Assembly: GCA_963833225.1 (NCBI GenBank)
Contig: CAWHXD010000007.1
Coordinates: 480,001-544,000 of the forward strand
Direction of reading: 5' to 3'
Length of the DNA stretch: 64,000 nucleotides
DNA from: an uncultured Chloroflexia bacterium
GTDB lineage: Bacteria; Chloroflexota; Limnocylindria; Limnocylindrales; CSP1-4
Part shown: positions 1-11,488 of the stretch, piece by piece
Layout of the letters: each line of letters starts with the position of its first letter
Numbering within the stretch: the stretch's first letter is position 1
The notes under the pieces: generated by a model
Seen by the model: the letters and a program-made list of their open reading frames with translations, nothing else
Database searches by the model: none
Told to the model about the DNA's origin: nothing
Position numbers and translations under genes: made by a program

Positions 1-1149
1 CTCGCGCTGTTCGCCCTGGGGCTGCTGGGCGGGGGGCTGGCGCCGTCGATGCCCGTGCTCGTGCTCGCGCGGTTCGTGCAGGGGCTGGGGGGCGGGGCCG
101 TGGGACCCACGGCGTACACCGCGATCGGCCGCTGCCTCCCCGAGCGCCTCCAGCCCCGGATGTTCGCCATGCTGTCCACGGCCTGGGTGGTACCCGGGAT
201 CATCGGGCCTACGCTGGCGGCCGTGGTCGGCGAGCTGACCAGCTGGCGCTGGGTGTTCCTTGGTCTCCTGCCCATGCTCCTGGTCGCGGGCGGCCTGGCG
301 TTCCAGGCGCTCCGTCGCGTGGACGGCTCCAGCCCGGGCGCCATCCCCGCGGGTCATCGCAGCGTGGCCCGCTTCGTCCGCGCCGTGGCTGCCGCCGGTG
401 GCGCGGGCCTCCTGGTCGCCGCGCTGGGGGCAGAGGCGCCGCTGGTGATCGTCGCGGGGACGCTTGCCGGTGCCGCGATCCTGCTTCCGGCGTTCCGCTC
501 GCTCACGCCGCCTGGCACGCTGGTGCTGGCCCTGGGTGTCCCGGCGGCGGTCCTGCTGCGCGCCGTGATGACGTTTGCCTTCTTCGCGTCGGACGCCTAC
601 ATCCCGCTGCTGCTCCAGACCTGGCGGGGGACACCGGCCACGCTCACGGGCCTCGTGTTCACGGCCACGACCGTGGCCTGGACCGCGGGCACCTGGTACC
701 AGGCCCGGCACATCGACAGACGCGGCCCGGTCGTGTTCGTCGCGCTCGGGTTTGCCGCCGTCGGCCTCGGCGCCGCGCTCACCCTGCCGGCGCTGATCCC
801 GGGCGTCCCCCCCGAGATCGCGCTCCTCACCTGGATCCCGCCCGGGATCGGCATGGGGCTGATGTACTCGGCGGTCACGCTGGTGGTGCTGCGCGGTGTC
901 AGCCACGCGGAGCAGGGGAGCGCCGCCTCCTCGATCCAGCTCGCGGACATCCTGGGCACAGCCCTCGGGACCGGGGTGGCCGGCGCCATCACGGCTGCCG
1001 GCGAGCGAGCCGGCCCCGAGGGGCTGGGCTGGGCGCTCGCGGCGGTGCTCTCGATGACCGTGGTCGTGAGCGTGCTGGGGCTTGCCGGCTCGCGCCGCCT
1101 GGGGCCTGCATCTGCCTCGCAGGCCGGATGGGGGGCTGCGGTAGACTAG
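1..1149 (+). CDS. MFS transporter (drug:H+ antiporter-like), 5'-truncated by window edge
   Basis: Frame open from base 1; many TM segments; motifs ARFVQGLGGG and GPTLAAVVGELTSWRWVF typical of MFS DHA2 transporters. Confidence 0.85.
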   Translation, partial: LALFALGLLGGGLAPSMPVLVLARFVQGLGGGAVGPTAYTAIGRCLPERLQPRMFAMLSTAWVVPGIIGPTLAAVVGELTSWRWVFLGLLPMLLVAGGLAFQALRRVDGSSPGAIPAGHRSVARFVRAVAAAGGAGLLVAALGAEAPLVIVAGTLAGAAILLPAFRSLTPPGTLVLALGVPAAVLLRAVMTFAFFASDAYIPLLLQTWRGTPATLTGLVFTATTVAWTAGTWYQARHIDRRGPVVFVALGFAAVGLGAALTLPALIPGVPPEIALLTWIPPGIGMGLMYSAVTLVVLRGVSHAEQGSAASSIQLADILGTALGTGVAGAITAAGERAGPEGLGWALAAVLSMTVVVSVLGLAGSRRLGPASASQAGWGAAVD

Positions 1150-1214
1150 CGATGCGGCTCGCCCAGCGCCCTGGGTCTGGCCCCCGCATCACCACGTTGA
1201 GGTTTCCGACCCGA

Positions 1215-1736
1215 ATGTCCGCCGAGACGCTTCGCGCGAAGATCCGCGAGATCCCCGACTTCCCGAAGCCCGGCATCCTGTTCTACGACATCACCACGCT
1301 GCTCAAGGACCCGGCTTCCTACAAGGAGTCGATCGACCTCATGCTCGAGCCCTACCGGGACGAGCACGTGGACATCGTGGTGGGCATGGAATCGCGCGGC
1401 TTCATCTTCTCCGCCCCGATGGCCTACCAGCTGGGGACCGGCCTCGTCCCAGTCCGCAAGCTGGGCAAGCTGCCGGCCGAAACGCTGACGGTGGAGTACG
1501 CCCTGGAGTACGGCTCCAACACCCTGGAGATCCACCGGGACGCGATCGCCCCCGGGCAGCGGGTGCTCATCGTGGACGACCTCCTCGCCACCGGCGGCAC
1601 GGTGCGCGGGACGATCGAGCTGATCGAGCGCCTGAAGGGCGAGGTCGTCGGGCTGGCGTTCCTCGTGGAGCTCGACTTCCTCAAGGGTCGTGAGCGGCTG
1701 GAGGGCCGCAAGGTCACCAGCGTCATCCAGTACTGA
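1215..1736 (+). CDS. apt: Adenine phosphoribosyltransferase
   Basis: IREIPDFPKPGILFYDIT, ESRGF, YALEYG and PRPP motif VLIVDDLLATGGT; ATG at 1215. Confidence 0.97.
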   Translation: MSAETLRAKIREIPDFPKPGILFYDITTLLKDPASYKESIDLMLEPYRDEHVDIVVGMESRGFIFSAPMAYQLGTGLVPVRKLGKLPAETLTVEYALEYGSNTLEIHRDAIAPGQRVLIVDDLLATGGTVRGTIELIERLKGEVVGLAFLVELDFLKGRERLEGRKVTSVIQY

Positions 1737-1780
1737 GCCGGTGAGCGCGGCCGCGCGACCCACCGGCGCCGGGACCCCAC

Positions 1781-3226
1781 GTGAGCGAACCCGTCAAGCC
1801 CCCTGATCCCGACCGTCGACGCTTCTTCCGGCAGTTTGCCGGCGACGTCGCCACGTCCGTTGGCTCGGTGATGGGCGCGGCGCAGACGCTCCAGGCGTCG
1901 TCCACCGAGGCCGCCCGCGAACTGCTCGGCAACCCACCCGCCGCGTTCGCGGGAGCCGGGGTGACGGTCGGCGGCCTGACCACGCTGACCACGGCCGCCC
2001 CCTCGCTGGAGCCGCAGGATGCCTCGACGGCCGGCTGGCGAACCCCGTTCCGCTGGGACGGCGACGTCTGCCGGATCGTCGACCAGCGTCGCCTCCCGGA
2101 CACGCTCGTGGACATCGAGCTGCGCGGCACGGTGGACGCCGTCAGCGCGATCAACGACGGCGCGTTGGTGGGGACGCTCGTCCAGGCCCAGGTCGGTGCG
2201 GTCGTCCTCGCGCTGGTTGCCAAGAACGGCACCGCGTCGCGGTCGTTCGCCCGGCGGGCGACGATCCGGGGTGCCGCGAACGCGCTCCGACTCGCCCGGC
2301 CTGGCTCGGCCGCCATGGGTGCCGTGGTGGACCGCATGCTGGCGCTGCTGGAGCTGGCCGGCCTCGACGCATCCGGCGACGAGGTGGCGGCGCTGTTCCA
2401 CGACGAGGCGGAACACGTGATCGGCGAGGCGATCGAGGACCACGGCAGCGTCGTTGGCCACCTGGTCGGGGTGCTGCCCGGCGGCCCCGCGGATCCACTG
2501 CACGTGCTGGTGGCAGGGAGCACGGGAGCGATGGGCGGCGGCCAGTACGGGACCGCCCTGTCCGCGGTGCAGGCGGTCCATCACGCCGGGCGGCCGGTCC
2601 ACGCCATGGTCACCGAGGGCCGCCCGCGCTTTGAAGGTTCCCGGATCGCCGCCTGGGAGCTCCGACAGGCCGGGGTTCCGCACGCGGTGGTGACCGATGG
2701 GGCGGCCCCGGGCTGCATCGCGGCGGGCGAGGTCGAGGCGGTGCTCGTGGGCGCAGACCGGATCGTCGCCAACGGCGACGTGATCGTGACCGCCGGGGCG
2801 TACCCGCTCGCGCTCGCGTCCGCCGCGGCCGGCATCCCGTTCATCGTGTGTGCCCCGACCAACGTCCTGGACCTCGCGCTGGCCGATGGCGGCGCCGCAA
2901 CGATCGAGGAAGGGCGGCCGACCCCCGTCCTGCGCGCCGGCGGCAGCCGAATCGCCCCGGAGGGAACCCAGGTCCGCAACCCGGTCCAGGACCTGGTGCC
3001 GGCATCGCTCGTCACCGCCATCGTCACCGACGCGGGCGTGGCCCGGGCGCCATTTCGCGATCCGCTGGCGGCTGCCGCGGCGGCAGCTGCCGAGCGGCGC
3101 ACCCGGGCCGCGGGCTACGCGGCGCTGGTCGCCCAGCGCGCGGCCGCGTCGACGATGCCCAACACGACGCCCGCGCCGGTTGACCTTGCCGCCCTCCGCA
3201 ACCCGCCGCGGAATCCGGGGCCCTGA
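1781..3226 (+). CDS. Methylthioribose-1-phosphate isomerase (MtnA)/eIF2B-family protein with degenerate active site
   Basis: IVDQRRLP, YGTAL, EGRPRFEGSRIAAWEL, VGADRIVANGD, EEGRP, VRNPVQD follow MtnA, but the VRGAPAIG, THCN and NKIG motifs are substituted. Confidence 0.85.
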   Translation: MSEPVKPPDPDRRRFFRQFAGDVATSVGSVMGAAQTLQASSTEAARELLGNPPAAFAGAGVTVGGLTTLTTAAPSLEPQDASTAGWRTPFRWDGDVCRIVDQRRLPDTLVDIELRGTVDAVSAINDGALVGTLVQAQVGAVVLALVAKNGTASRSFARRATIRGAANALRLARPGSAAMGAVVDRMLALLELAGLDASGDEVAALFHDEAEHVIGEAIEDHGSVVGHLVGVLPGGPADPLHVLVAGSTGAMGGGQYGTALSAVQAVHHAGRPVHAMVTEGRPRFEGSRIAAWELRQAGVPHAVVTDGAAPGCIAAGEVEAVLVGADRIVANGDVIVTAGAYPLALASAAAGIPFIVCAPTNVLDLALADGGAATIEEGRPTPVLRAGGSRIAPEGTQVRNPVQDLVPASLVTAIVTDAGVARAPFRDPLAAAAAAAAERRTRAAGYAALVAQRAAASTMPNTTPAPVDLAALRNPPRNPGP

Positions 3227-4215
3227 TGGCCACCGCGGCGATCGGCTCCCGGGCAGGTGTGCTCGCTCGCAGCACCACCGATCGGGTGCGCTTGCGCGAG
3301 TTCCTTGAGCGGGACCGCCTGTTCGCCGCCTACGCGATCTGTGACCTCTCGGAGCGCGAGTTCAGCCGGACCCGGTGGGGCATCGCCACGTCGGGTGACG
3401 AGCTGATCGCGGTCGCCCTCGAGTACAGCGGCGTGACTCCCCAGCCGATGTTCGTGATGGGCGAGCCCGACGGGATCGCGGCCATCCTGCGTGACGTGGT
3501 CCGGCCGCGGGTGGCGTATGTCGCAGCCCTGTCGGAGTCGATTCCGGCGGTCACCCAGCACTACCGGCTGGAACCCGGGCCTGAGATGGTCCGGATGTGG
3601 GTCGACCGCACCAGCTTCCAGCCGACGACCGCCCAGGTCGAGCGCCTCCTGCCCGTGGACGCCCACGACCTCAACCGCCTCTACCAGCTGGGGTTCGCGG
3701 CATGGCTGCCGCCGTCCGCCATCACGGAGGGCGTCTACTACGGCATCCGAGTCAACGGCCGGCTCGTCGCCGCGGCCGGGACCCACGTCATCGGTCGGGA
3801 GGCCGGTCTCGCGGTCGTTGGCAACGTGCTGACCCACGTCGACCACCGCGGGCGCGGATACGCCAAGGCCGTCACCAGCGCCGTGACCGCCGAGCTCCTC
3901 CGGTCGTGCGACCAGGTGGTCCTCAACGTCCGCGCCGACAACCCGCCGGCGATCGCCGCCTACCGGCACCTCGGCTACCGGGACCACTGCCGCTTCGAGG
4001 AGCGCCTCGCCCGGCGGACGACCCCGTCCTGGCCCGACATCATGGCTCCGTTCCGGCGGCTGTTCGCGGCCTGGCGTCCGGGGCCCGATGAGCCCGCCAC
4101 CGTGGACCAGGCCCACCAGATGTGGCCGGCTCCGACCGCCGCTCCCTTGCCATCCGATCAGATGCCGGCGCTGTCCGCCGACGATGAACCCGCCAGTTCC
4201 CAGGAGCTCACATGA
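3226..4215 (+). CDS. GNAT acetyltransferase (FR47-like C-terminal domain)
   Basis: [16 protein letters not shown] acetyl-CoA motif A; [13 protein letters not shown] motif B; start overlaps upstream stop. Confidence 0.88.
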   Translation: MATAAIGSRAGVLARSTTDRVRLREFLERDRLFAAYAICDLSEREFSRTRWGIATSGDELIAVALEYSGVTPQPMFVMGEPDGIAAILRDVVRPRVAYVAALSESIPAVTQHYRLEPGPEMVRMWVDRTSFQPTTAQVERLLPVDAHDLNRLYQLGFAAWLPPSAITEGVYYGIRVNGRLVAAAGTHVIGREAGLAVVGNVLTHVDHRGRGYAKAVTSAVTAELLRSCDQVVLNVRADNPPAIAAYRHLGYRDHCRFEERLARRTTPSWPDIMAPFRRLFAAWRPGPDEPATVDQAHQMWPAPTAAPLPSDQMPALSADDEPASSQELT

Positions 4216-5489
4216 CCGACGCCGCCACCCATGTCCCACACGACGTGACCGACCTCTCGCTTGTCGACGAGGGCGTGCGCCGCATCGAGTGGGCGGAGCG
4301 GGAGATGCCCGTCCTGCGCCTGATCCGCGAGCGGTTCGAGCGCGAGAAGCCGCTCGCCGGCATCCGGATCGGCGCCTGCCTCCACGTCACCACCGAGACG
4401 GCGAACCTGATGCGCACCCTGGCCTCGGGGGGCGCGGCGGTGCACCTGGCGGCCTCCAACCCGCTGTCGACCCAGGACTGGACAGCCGCCGCCCTCGTGG
4501 CCGCCTATGGCATCTCGACCTACGCCCGCCGCGGCGAGGACAACGCGACGTACTACGCCCATCTGCGCGCGGTGGCGGACGTCCACCCGCAGATCACGAT
4601 GGACGATGGCTGCGACCTGGTGTCGCTGCTCCACAAGGAGCGCCGCGACCAGCTGCCCGAGATCATGGCCGGGACCGAGGAGACGACCACCGGTGTGATC
4701 CGCCTGCGGGCGATGGCCGCCGACAACGCGCTCGCCTTCCCGGTCGTCGCGGTCAACGAGGCGGAGACCAAGCACCTGTTCGACAATCGCTACGGGACCG
4801 GCCAGTCCACGATCGACGGCATCCTGCGGGCGACCAACATCCTGATCGCCGGCCGCAACGTGGCGATCGCGGGCTACGGCTGGGTTGGACGCGGCATCGC
4901 GTCACGCATGGCCGGTCACGGGGCCCACGTGGCCATCATCGAGGTGAACCCGGTCCGGGCGATCGAGGCGCTGATGGACGGCTACCAGGTCATGACCGCC
5001 GGCCAGGCGGCGTCCTGGGGCGACCTGTTCGTGTCGGCGACCGGCAACCTCAACGTGTTCCGGCGCGAGCACTTCGCCGCCATGCGGGACGGCGCGATCA
5101 TGGCCAACTCCGGCCACTTTGACGCCGAGCTGGACCTGCCGGCGCTGCGCGAGATGGCCGAGGGCCACGTCCGCGACGTGCGCCCCAACGTGCAGGAGTA
5201 CGACCTCGGTGGCAAGCGGCTCAACCTCATCGCCGAGGGGCGGCTCGTGAACCTCGGCGCGGCCGAGGGTCATCCGGCGGCCGTGATGGACATGAGCTTC
5301 GCGAACCAGGCGCTGGCGGCGGAGTACGTCGCCCGGCACCACGCGGAGCTGGAGCCGCGGGTCTACAACGTGCCGGAGGCCATCGACGCCGAGGTCGCGC
5401 GGCTCAAGCTGGCGGCGATGGGCATCACCCTCGATCCCATGACCCCCGAGCAGCTGGCCTACGTGTCCTCCTGGCAGCAGGGGACCTAG
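4212..5489 (+). CDS. ahcY: Adenosylhomocysteinase (short form)
   Basis: [68 protein letters not shown]. Confidence 0.98.
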   Translation: MTDAATHVPHDVTDLSLVDEGVRRIEWAEREMPVLRLIRERFEREKPLAGIRIGACLHVTTETANLMRTLASGGAAVHLAASNPLSTQDWTAAALVAAYGISTYARRGEDNATYYAHLRAVADVHPQITMDDGCDLVSLLHKERRDQLPEIMAGTEETTTGVIRLRAMAADNALAFPVVAVNEAETKHLFDNRYGTGQSTIDGILRATNILIAGRNVAIAGYGWVGRGIASRMAGHGAHVAIIEVNPVRAIEALMDGYQVMTAGQAASWGDLFVSATGNLNVFRREHFAAMRDGAIMANSGHFDAELDLPALREMAEGHVRDVRPNVQEYDLGGKRLNLIAEGRLVNLGAAEGHPAAVMDMSFANQALAAEYVARHHAELEPRVYNVPEAIDAEVARLKLAAMGITLDPMTPEQLAYVSSWQQGT

Positions 5490-5491
5490 GC

Positions 5492-7508
5492 GTGGCCGAC
5501 CCGAGCCCGCGGAGCCCCGAGGACGGCCGGCGCCCGGCGCCGTACGGGAGCTGGGTCTCGCCCATCGACGTCGAGCTCGTCGCCGGCACCGTTGTCGCGA
5601 TCGGCGAGCCCTGGCTGGACGGGGACGACGCCTACTGGCTCGAGAGCCGGGCCGCGGAGGGCGGTCGTCGGACGCTGCTGCGCCATGGGCTCGACGGCCG
5701 GACCGTGGAGCTCACGCCGGCACCGTTCCGGGTCGGCAGTCGTGTCCACGAGTACGGCGGCGGCTCGTTCGTGGTGGACGCCGGCCGCGTGATCGTGTCC
5801 TCGGTCACGGACGGACGGCTGTGGCAGGTGGATCCTGACGGCGCATCGGACCCGGTCGCGCTCACGCCCGAGGGCCCGTGGCGCTACGCCGACGCACGGT
5901 TCGACCCGAGATCGCCGCGCCTGTACGCCGTGCGTGAGACCCACGATGCCGCGCACCCCGACGATCCGCTGCTGGTCGTCAACGAGCTGGTCGCCATCGC
6001 GCTCGACGGATCGGACGGGCCCGGCCGGCTCCTCGTGGGCGGCCAGGACTTCGTGGCCGGCCCGCGCCCGTCACCGGACGGCCGGCTCCTCGCGTGGCTC
6101 GAGTGGGACCACCCCGAGATGCCCTGGGACTCGGTCCGGCTGCGGGTCGCCGAGGTCCTCGGAGACGGCTCGCTGGGCGAGGCGAGCACCGTCGCCGGTG
6201 GCCCCGGCATCAGCGTGGTCGAGGCCAGCTGGAGTCACGCGGGCGTGCTGCACGCGGCGTGGGACACCACCGGCTGGTGGAACCTGTACGCGTTCGACGG
6301 CCCCGACGGGGTGGCCGGCCCCGCCCGGAGCCTGGCGCCGATGGACGCGGAGATCGGCGGCCCGTCCTGGATCTTCGGTGACTCGTCGTATGGCATTGCC
6401 GATGACGGCGCCATCCTTGCCGTTGCACGCCGTGACGGCCGCGCCGAGCTGGTCCGGCTCGGTCCGGATGGGGTCGCGGTGCGGCTCGACACGCCGTGGA
6501 CGGACTTCGGGAGCCTCCGGGTGCACGGAACCCAGGCGCTCGCGACGGCCTCCGGGCCGCACGAGGGCACGATCCTCGTCCGCCTGGACGCCCGCACCGG
6601 CGAGGCGGTCGGGGTGCTCGCGCGCTCGCTGAACGTCCCCCTCGATCCGTCCGTCCTGCCGGTCGCGGAGCCGATCACGTTTCCCACCAGCGATGGCGCA
6701 ACCGCGAGGGCCCTGTACTTTGCCCCCACCAACGATGCCGTTCGCGGACCCGAGGACGAGCTTCCGCCGCTGCTCGTCCTGGCGCACGGCGGGCCAACGT
6801 CGGCCGCCACCTCGGCCCTGTCGCTGGACCGTGCGTTCTTCACGTCGCGCGGGATCGCGGTGGTGGACGTCGACTACCGCGGCTCCACGGGGTACGGACG
6901 GCCGTATCGAGATGCCGCTGCGCGGCCAGTGGGGGATCGCGGACGTCGAGGACTGCGTGGCCGCGGCCCAGTTCCTCGTGGCCCGCGGCTCGGTCGACGC
7001 GCGGCGGCTGGCGATCCGCGGCGGCAGCGCCGGCGGCTACACCGCCCTGGCGGCGCTCGCGTTCCGGCCGGAGGTGTTCGCCGCGGGCATCAGCCGCTAC
7101 GGCATCGCGGACCTGGAGCTGATCCACCTCGACGGCCACAAGTTCGAGTCACGCTACGACGAGGGGCTGCTGGCTCCCTGGGACGAGGAGGGCCGCAAGG
7201 TCTTCCGCGAGCGCTCGCCGATCCATTTCCTGGACAGGGTCCGCGCTCCGCTGCTGCTGTTCCAGGGCCTGGACGACAGGGTCGTGCCGCCCTCGCAGCT
7301 GGACGCCATGGTCGCGGAGTTCACGGCGCGCGGCCTGCCGCACGTCGCCATGACCTTCGAGGGCGAGGGTCACGGGTTCCGCAAGGCCGAGACGCGCCGC
7401 GCAACCTATCGCGTGGAGCTCGCCTTCCTGGGGCGCGTGTTCGGATTCGCGCCCGCGGATGACGATGTCGGGCCCCTGGAGGTCCCAGGTCTCGACCGAC
7501 CCCGGTGA
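5492..7508 (+). CDS. S9 prolyl oligopeptidase/acylaminoacyl peptidase; +1 frameshift near 6915 (probable sequencing error)
   Basis: [32 protein letters not shown] in the first frame; GGSAGG, DRVV, EGHGF (Ser-Asp-His triad) in the second frame. Confidence 0.9.
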
Positions 7509-7554
7509 TACCCTCGCTCGACCTGCCCCAGCGCCCGCAGCGCCCGGAGAATCC

Positions 7555-8739
7555 ATGAGCATTCTCGACGCGTCCCAGTATCTGTTCACGTCCGAGTCGG
7601 TCACCGAGGGCCACCCCGACAAGATGTGCGACCAGATCTCGGACGCCATCCTGGACAGCATCCTCGCCGTTGACCCCCACGCCCGGGTGGCGTGTGAGAC
7701 GGCCACCACGACGGGTCTCGTCCTCGTGTTCGGCGAGATCACGACGTCCACCTACGTCGAGTTCCAGAACGTGGTGCGCGACACGGTGTGCGACATCGGA
7801 TACACGAAGGCCGAGTACGGCTTCGACTACGAGACGTGCGGCACGATCGTCAGCGTCAAGGAGCAGAGCCGGGACATCGCCCAGGGCGTGGACCGGGCGG
7901 AGGAGCTTGGAGCCGGCGACCAGGGAATGATGTTCGGGTTCGCCTGCCGCGAGACGCCGGAGCTGATGCCGCTCCCGATCGCGCTGGCGCACCGCCTGGC
8001 ACGTCGCCTGTCCGAGGTCCGCAAGGACGGGACGCTTCCCTACCTCCGGCCCGATGGCAAGACCCAGGTCACGGTGGAGTACGACCGGGGCCGTCCGATC
8101 GGCGTGCGAACGGTGGTCGTGTCCTCGCAGCACGATCCAGATGCCGAGGACCGGATCCGCGACGACATCATCGAGACGGTGATCCTGCCCGTGATCCCGG
8201 CGCACCTCCGCGCCGTGGACCCGGTGATGCACGTCAACCCCACCGGGCGGTTCGTGGTCGGCGGTCCGATGGGCGATGCCGGCCTCACCGGCCGCAAGAT
8301 CATCGTGGACACGTACGGCGGGATGGCCCGCCATGGCGGCGGTGCCTTCTCGGGCAAGGACCCGACCAAGGTGGACCGGTCGGCCGCCTACGCGGCGCGC
8401 TGGGTCGCCAAGAACGTGGTCGCAGCCGGCCTTGCGGACCGCTTCGAGCTCGAGGTGGCGTACGGGATCGGCATCGCCGAGCCGCTGTCGGTGTCCGTGG
8501 ACTCGTTCGGGACGGGACGCGTCGACGATGACCGGATCCTGGACCTGGTCAGGCGTCACTTCGACCTGCGCCCGGCGGCGATCATCCGTGACCTGGACCT
8601 GCTGCGGCCGATCTACCGCCAGACGGCGGCCTACGGGCACTTCGGCCGCGACGACCTGGACCTGCCATGGGAGCGAACGGACCGGGCGGCAGCCCTCGCC
8701 GCGGACGCGGGGATCACGGAGCCGGCCGCCGGCGCCTGA
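7555..8739 (+). CDS. metK: S-adenosylmethionine synthetase
   Basis: [28 protein letters not shown] signatures. Confidence 0.98.
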   Translation: MSILDASQYLFTSESVTEGHPDKMCDQISDAILDSILAVDPHARVACETATTTGLVLVFGEITTSTYVEFQNVVRDTVCDIGYTKAEYGFDYETCGTIVSVKEQSRDIAQGVDRAEELGAGDQGMMFGFACRETPELMPLPIALAHRLARRLSEVRKDGTLPYLRPDGKTQVTVEYDRGRPIGVRTVVVSSQHDPDAEDRIRDDIIETVILPVIPAHLRAVDPVMHVNPTGRFVVGGPMGDAGLTGRKIIVDTYGGMARHGGGAFSGKDPTKVDRSAAYAARWVAKNVVAAGLADRFELEVAYGIGIAEPLSVSVDSFGTGRVDDDRILDLVRRHFDLRPAAIIRDLDLLRPIYRQTAAYGHFGRDDLDLPWERTDRAAALAADAGITEPAAGA

Positions 8740-8770
8740 CCGGAGCCGCCCAGCCTGGGGGAACGTCCCG

Positions 8771-9856
8771 ATGTATGTCGTCATCATGGCCGGCGGTGGG
8801 GGCACGCGGCTGCGGCCCGTCAGCACGTCCGGGCGCCCCAAGCCGTTCCTGCCGCTGCTGCCCACCGGCGAGACGCTCCTCCAGCGAACCGTCCGCCGTC
8901 TTCTCGGCCCAGAGCTCGGTCTGAACCCGGGCTCCGTTTCCGTCGTCGCCTCGGCCGCCTATGAGCCGCTGGTCCGTGCCCAGGTCCCGGAAGCGGCCGT
9001 CGTGGTGGAGCCGGCGGGGCGGAACACGGCCGCCGCGATCGCCCTTGCCGCCCTGGCCATCGACCGTGACGACGCCGAGGTGATGGTCGTGCTCCCCGCC
9101 GACCATCGCATCGACCCCGCTCGAGAAGGCGCCTTCAGGACCGTCCTCCGGGCGGCGGCCGACCATGTCGCGACCGGGCGGTTCGGCATTCCGAGCCCCC
9201 TGGTGACCATCGGGGTCGGCGTCACCCGGCCGGCGACCGAGTACGGCTACCTGCGGCCCGTGCTGGCCCGTGCCGAGCGCGTCGCGGGCCTGGACGTCTA
9301 CCCGCTCGAGGCGTTCGAGGAGAAGCCCGATCCCCTCCGCGCCGTGGACCTCGCGACCCTGCCCGGGATCGCGTGGAATGCCGGGATGTTCCTGTGGCGC
9401 CGAGGGGCGATCCGGGAGGCGTTGACGGCCTACGCCCCCGACGTCGTCGACGCGATCTCGGCGGGGCTTGCGGCCGGCGACCTTGCCTCGGCCTACCCGA
9501 CGATCGCCCCCCGATCGATCGACTACGCGGTGATGGAGCCCGCGGCGGCTGCCGGGCTGGTCGCGATGGCGGCGATGGACGTCGGGTGGACGGACGTCGG
9601 CACCTGGCCCGTGCTGCTCGAGGTGCTCGGCGCTGCCGGGATCGACGGTGCCGTGGTGGAACCCGGGACCCGCTTCGACACCCGTCCGGGAGACCTGCTG
9701 GTCGAGCGCGGACGGGAGGGGCTCGTCGTCGGCGAGCCGGCGGGCGGTACGATCACCACCGATCAGCCGGTCGCGCTCCTGCACGAGGCCCGTGAGGCCC
9801 GCGCCCTCGTCCAGGCCCTGCTCGACCGGTGTACCGCAGCGGAGGACCAGGCGTGA
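8771..9856 (+). CDS. manC: Mannose-1-phosphate guanylyltransferase
   Basis: VIMAGGGGTRLRPVS, EPAGRNTA, PADH, FEEKP, WNAGMF, SIDYAVME, GWTDVGTW. Confidence 0.9.
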   Translation: MYVVIMAGGGGTRLRPVSTSGRPKPFLPLLPTGETLLQRTVRRLLGPELGLNPGSVSVVASAAYEPLVRAQVPEAAVVVEPAGRNTAAAIALAALAIDRDDAEVMVVLPADHRIDPAREGAFRTVLRAAADHVATGRFGIPSPLVTIGVGVTRPATEYGYLRPVLARAERVAGLDVYPLEAFEEKPDPLRAVDLATLPGIAWNAGMFLWRRGAIREALTAYAPDVVDAISAGLAAGDLASAYPTIAPRSIDYAVMEPAAAAGLVAMAAMDVGWTDVGTWPVLLEVLGAAGIDGAVVEPGTRFDTRPGDLLVERGREGLVVGEPAGGTITTDQPVALLHEAREARALVQALLDRCTAAEDQA

Positions 9857-11334
9857 CCAACCACTCGGAGGCGCCCGCGCCCATCACGATCAAGTTCGGC
9901 ACCGACGGCTGGCGGGCGCGAGTGGCGGACGAGTACACCTTCGAGAACGTGCGCCGCTGTGCGGACGGCGTCGCGCGCTACGTCGTCGATCGCGGTGAGC
10001 AGGCGAAAGGGGTGGTGATCGCCTACGACCGGCGGTTTGCCTCGGAGCACTTCGCCGCGGCCACGGCGGAGGTCCTCCTCGCGCACGACATCCCGATCGC
10101 GATCTCGCGAACCGGCGTCCCGACCCAGATGAGCTCCTACGAGGTCGTGCAGCGCGGGGCGGCGGCGGGCGTGGTGATCACCGCCTCGCACAACCCCTGG
10201 ACGGACAACGGCTTCAAGATCAAGGCACCCACCGGCGCGGCTGCCGGGGCGGAGATCCTCGCGGTGGTCGAGGCCGGGATCGCGGCCAACGCGGGGCGGG
10301 CGATCGACCGGCGGCCGTTCGCGGACGCCGAGGCCGCCGGGCTCGTGGAATGGTTTGACCCGTTCGATGGCTACGAGCAGTTCGTGCGCCGGACCATCGA
10401 CCTCGACGAGCTCAGGGCGGCCGATGCCTCCATCCTCGTCGAGCCGCTCTACGGGGTCGGGTCGGGCTGGATCCCTCGCCTGCTTGCCGGTGGACGGATC
10501 CGGGTCACCGAGATCCACAGCGAACGGAACCCGTTCTTCGGCGGCGTGAACCCGGAGCCGATCCGTCCGCACATCGATGCCGCCCTGGCCCAGATCGCGG
10601 CCGGCGGGTTCGACCTGGGCCTGCTCCTCGACGGTGATGCGGACCGGGCCGGGGCCGCCGACGAGCGAGGCGTGTTCCTCCATCAGCTCGAGGTCACCGG
10701 GCTGCTGATGTACTACCTCGCCGAGCACCGGGGCCTGCGCCAGCCGGTCGTGGTCAGCGTGAACAACACGTCCACGGCCGCAACCCTCGGCAAGCACTAT
10801 GGCATCGAGACCCACGAGGTGCCGGTCGGGTTCAAGTTCATCGGACCGCGGATGATCGAGACCGGCGCGATGCTGGGCGCCGAGGAGTCCGGAGGCTACG
10901 GCTTCGGGATGCACCTGCCCGAGCGCGACGGGATCTACGCGGACCTCATGCTGCTCGACCTGTTCCTGCGCGAGAAGGCCCGCGGCCATGCCCCGGTCTC
11001 GCGGGCCGTGGAGCTGTTCCACGAGCTCGCCGGGCCCTCGTTCTATCGACGCATCGACGTCCACTTCGACCGGCCGTCGTACGAGGCGGTCAAGGCGAGG
11101 GTCCTGGGCGAGCTCCGCGACCAGCCCCCGGCGGCGCTCGCGGGCGAGCCGGTGGTCCGCACCCAGGTCCTGTCCACGAACGACGGTTTCAAGTGGTTCC
11201 TGGCCGACGGTTCCTGGCTGCTCGTCCGCGCCAGCGGCACCGAGCCCCTGGTCCGGGTCTACACCGAGGCAAGCTCCGCGGAGCTCCGCGAGGAGCTCGT
11301 GCTGACCGGCGAAAAGGTCGTCCGCGGCGGCTGA
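9853..11334 (+). CDS. manB: Phosphomannomutase/phosphoglucomutase
   Basis: KFGTDGWR, TASHNP, DGDADR, GAEESGG, RASGTEP; SD ggagg before GTG 9853. Confidence 0.92.
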   Translation: MTNHSEAPAPITIKFGTDGWRARVADEYTFENVRRCADGVARYVVDRGEQAKGVVIAYDRRFASEHFAAATAEVLLAHDIPIAISRTGVPTQMSSYEVVQRGAAAGVVITASHNPWTDNGFKIKAPTGAAAGAEILAVVEAGIAANAGRAIDRRPFADAEAAGLVEWFDPFDGYEQFVRRTIDLDELRAADASILVEPLYGVGSGWIPRLLAGGRIRVTEIHSERNPFFGGVNPEPIRPHIDAALAQIAAGGFDLGLLLDGDADRAGAADERGVFLHQLEVTGLLMYYLAEHRGLRQPVVVSVNNTSTAATLGKHYGIETHEVPVGFKFIGPRMIETGAMLGAEESGGYGFGMHLPERDGIYADLMLLDLFLREKARGHAPVSRAVELFHELAGPSFYRRIDVHFDRPSYEAVKARVLGELRDQPPAALAGEPVVRTQVLSTNDGFKWFLADGSWLLVRASGTEPLVRVYTEASSAELREELVLTGEKVVRGG

Positions 11335-11488
11335 ACGCTCCTGTCGACCGGGACGATCTGCAGGGCTGACCGCCCTTTCCCGCGGGGTGTAGGCTTGGGT
11401 CAGCGACCGCCATCACCGGTCCGCGGATCCGACCGGACGGCGGCCCTCGTGGACGCTCCGCGAAGGGGCGACTGGAGGTAGGTCGGCG

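Noticed and set aside
1781-1900. Tat signal on the MtnA-like protein (DRRRFF)
   Set aside because: Twin-Arg-like motif is present, but no convincing hydrophobic h-region follows
7500-7555. SAM or SAH riboswitch before metK or ahcY
   Set aside because: Intergenic space too short (ahcY overlaps the upstream gene) and no consensus motifs seen
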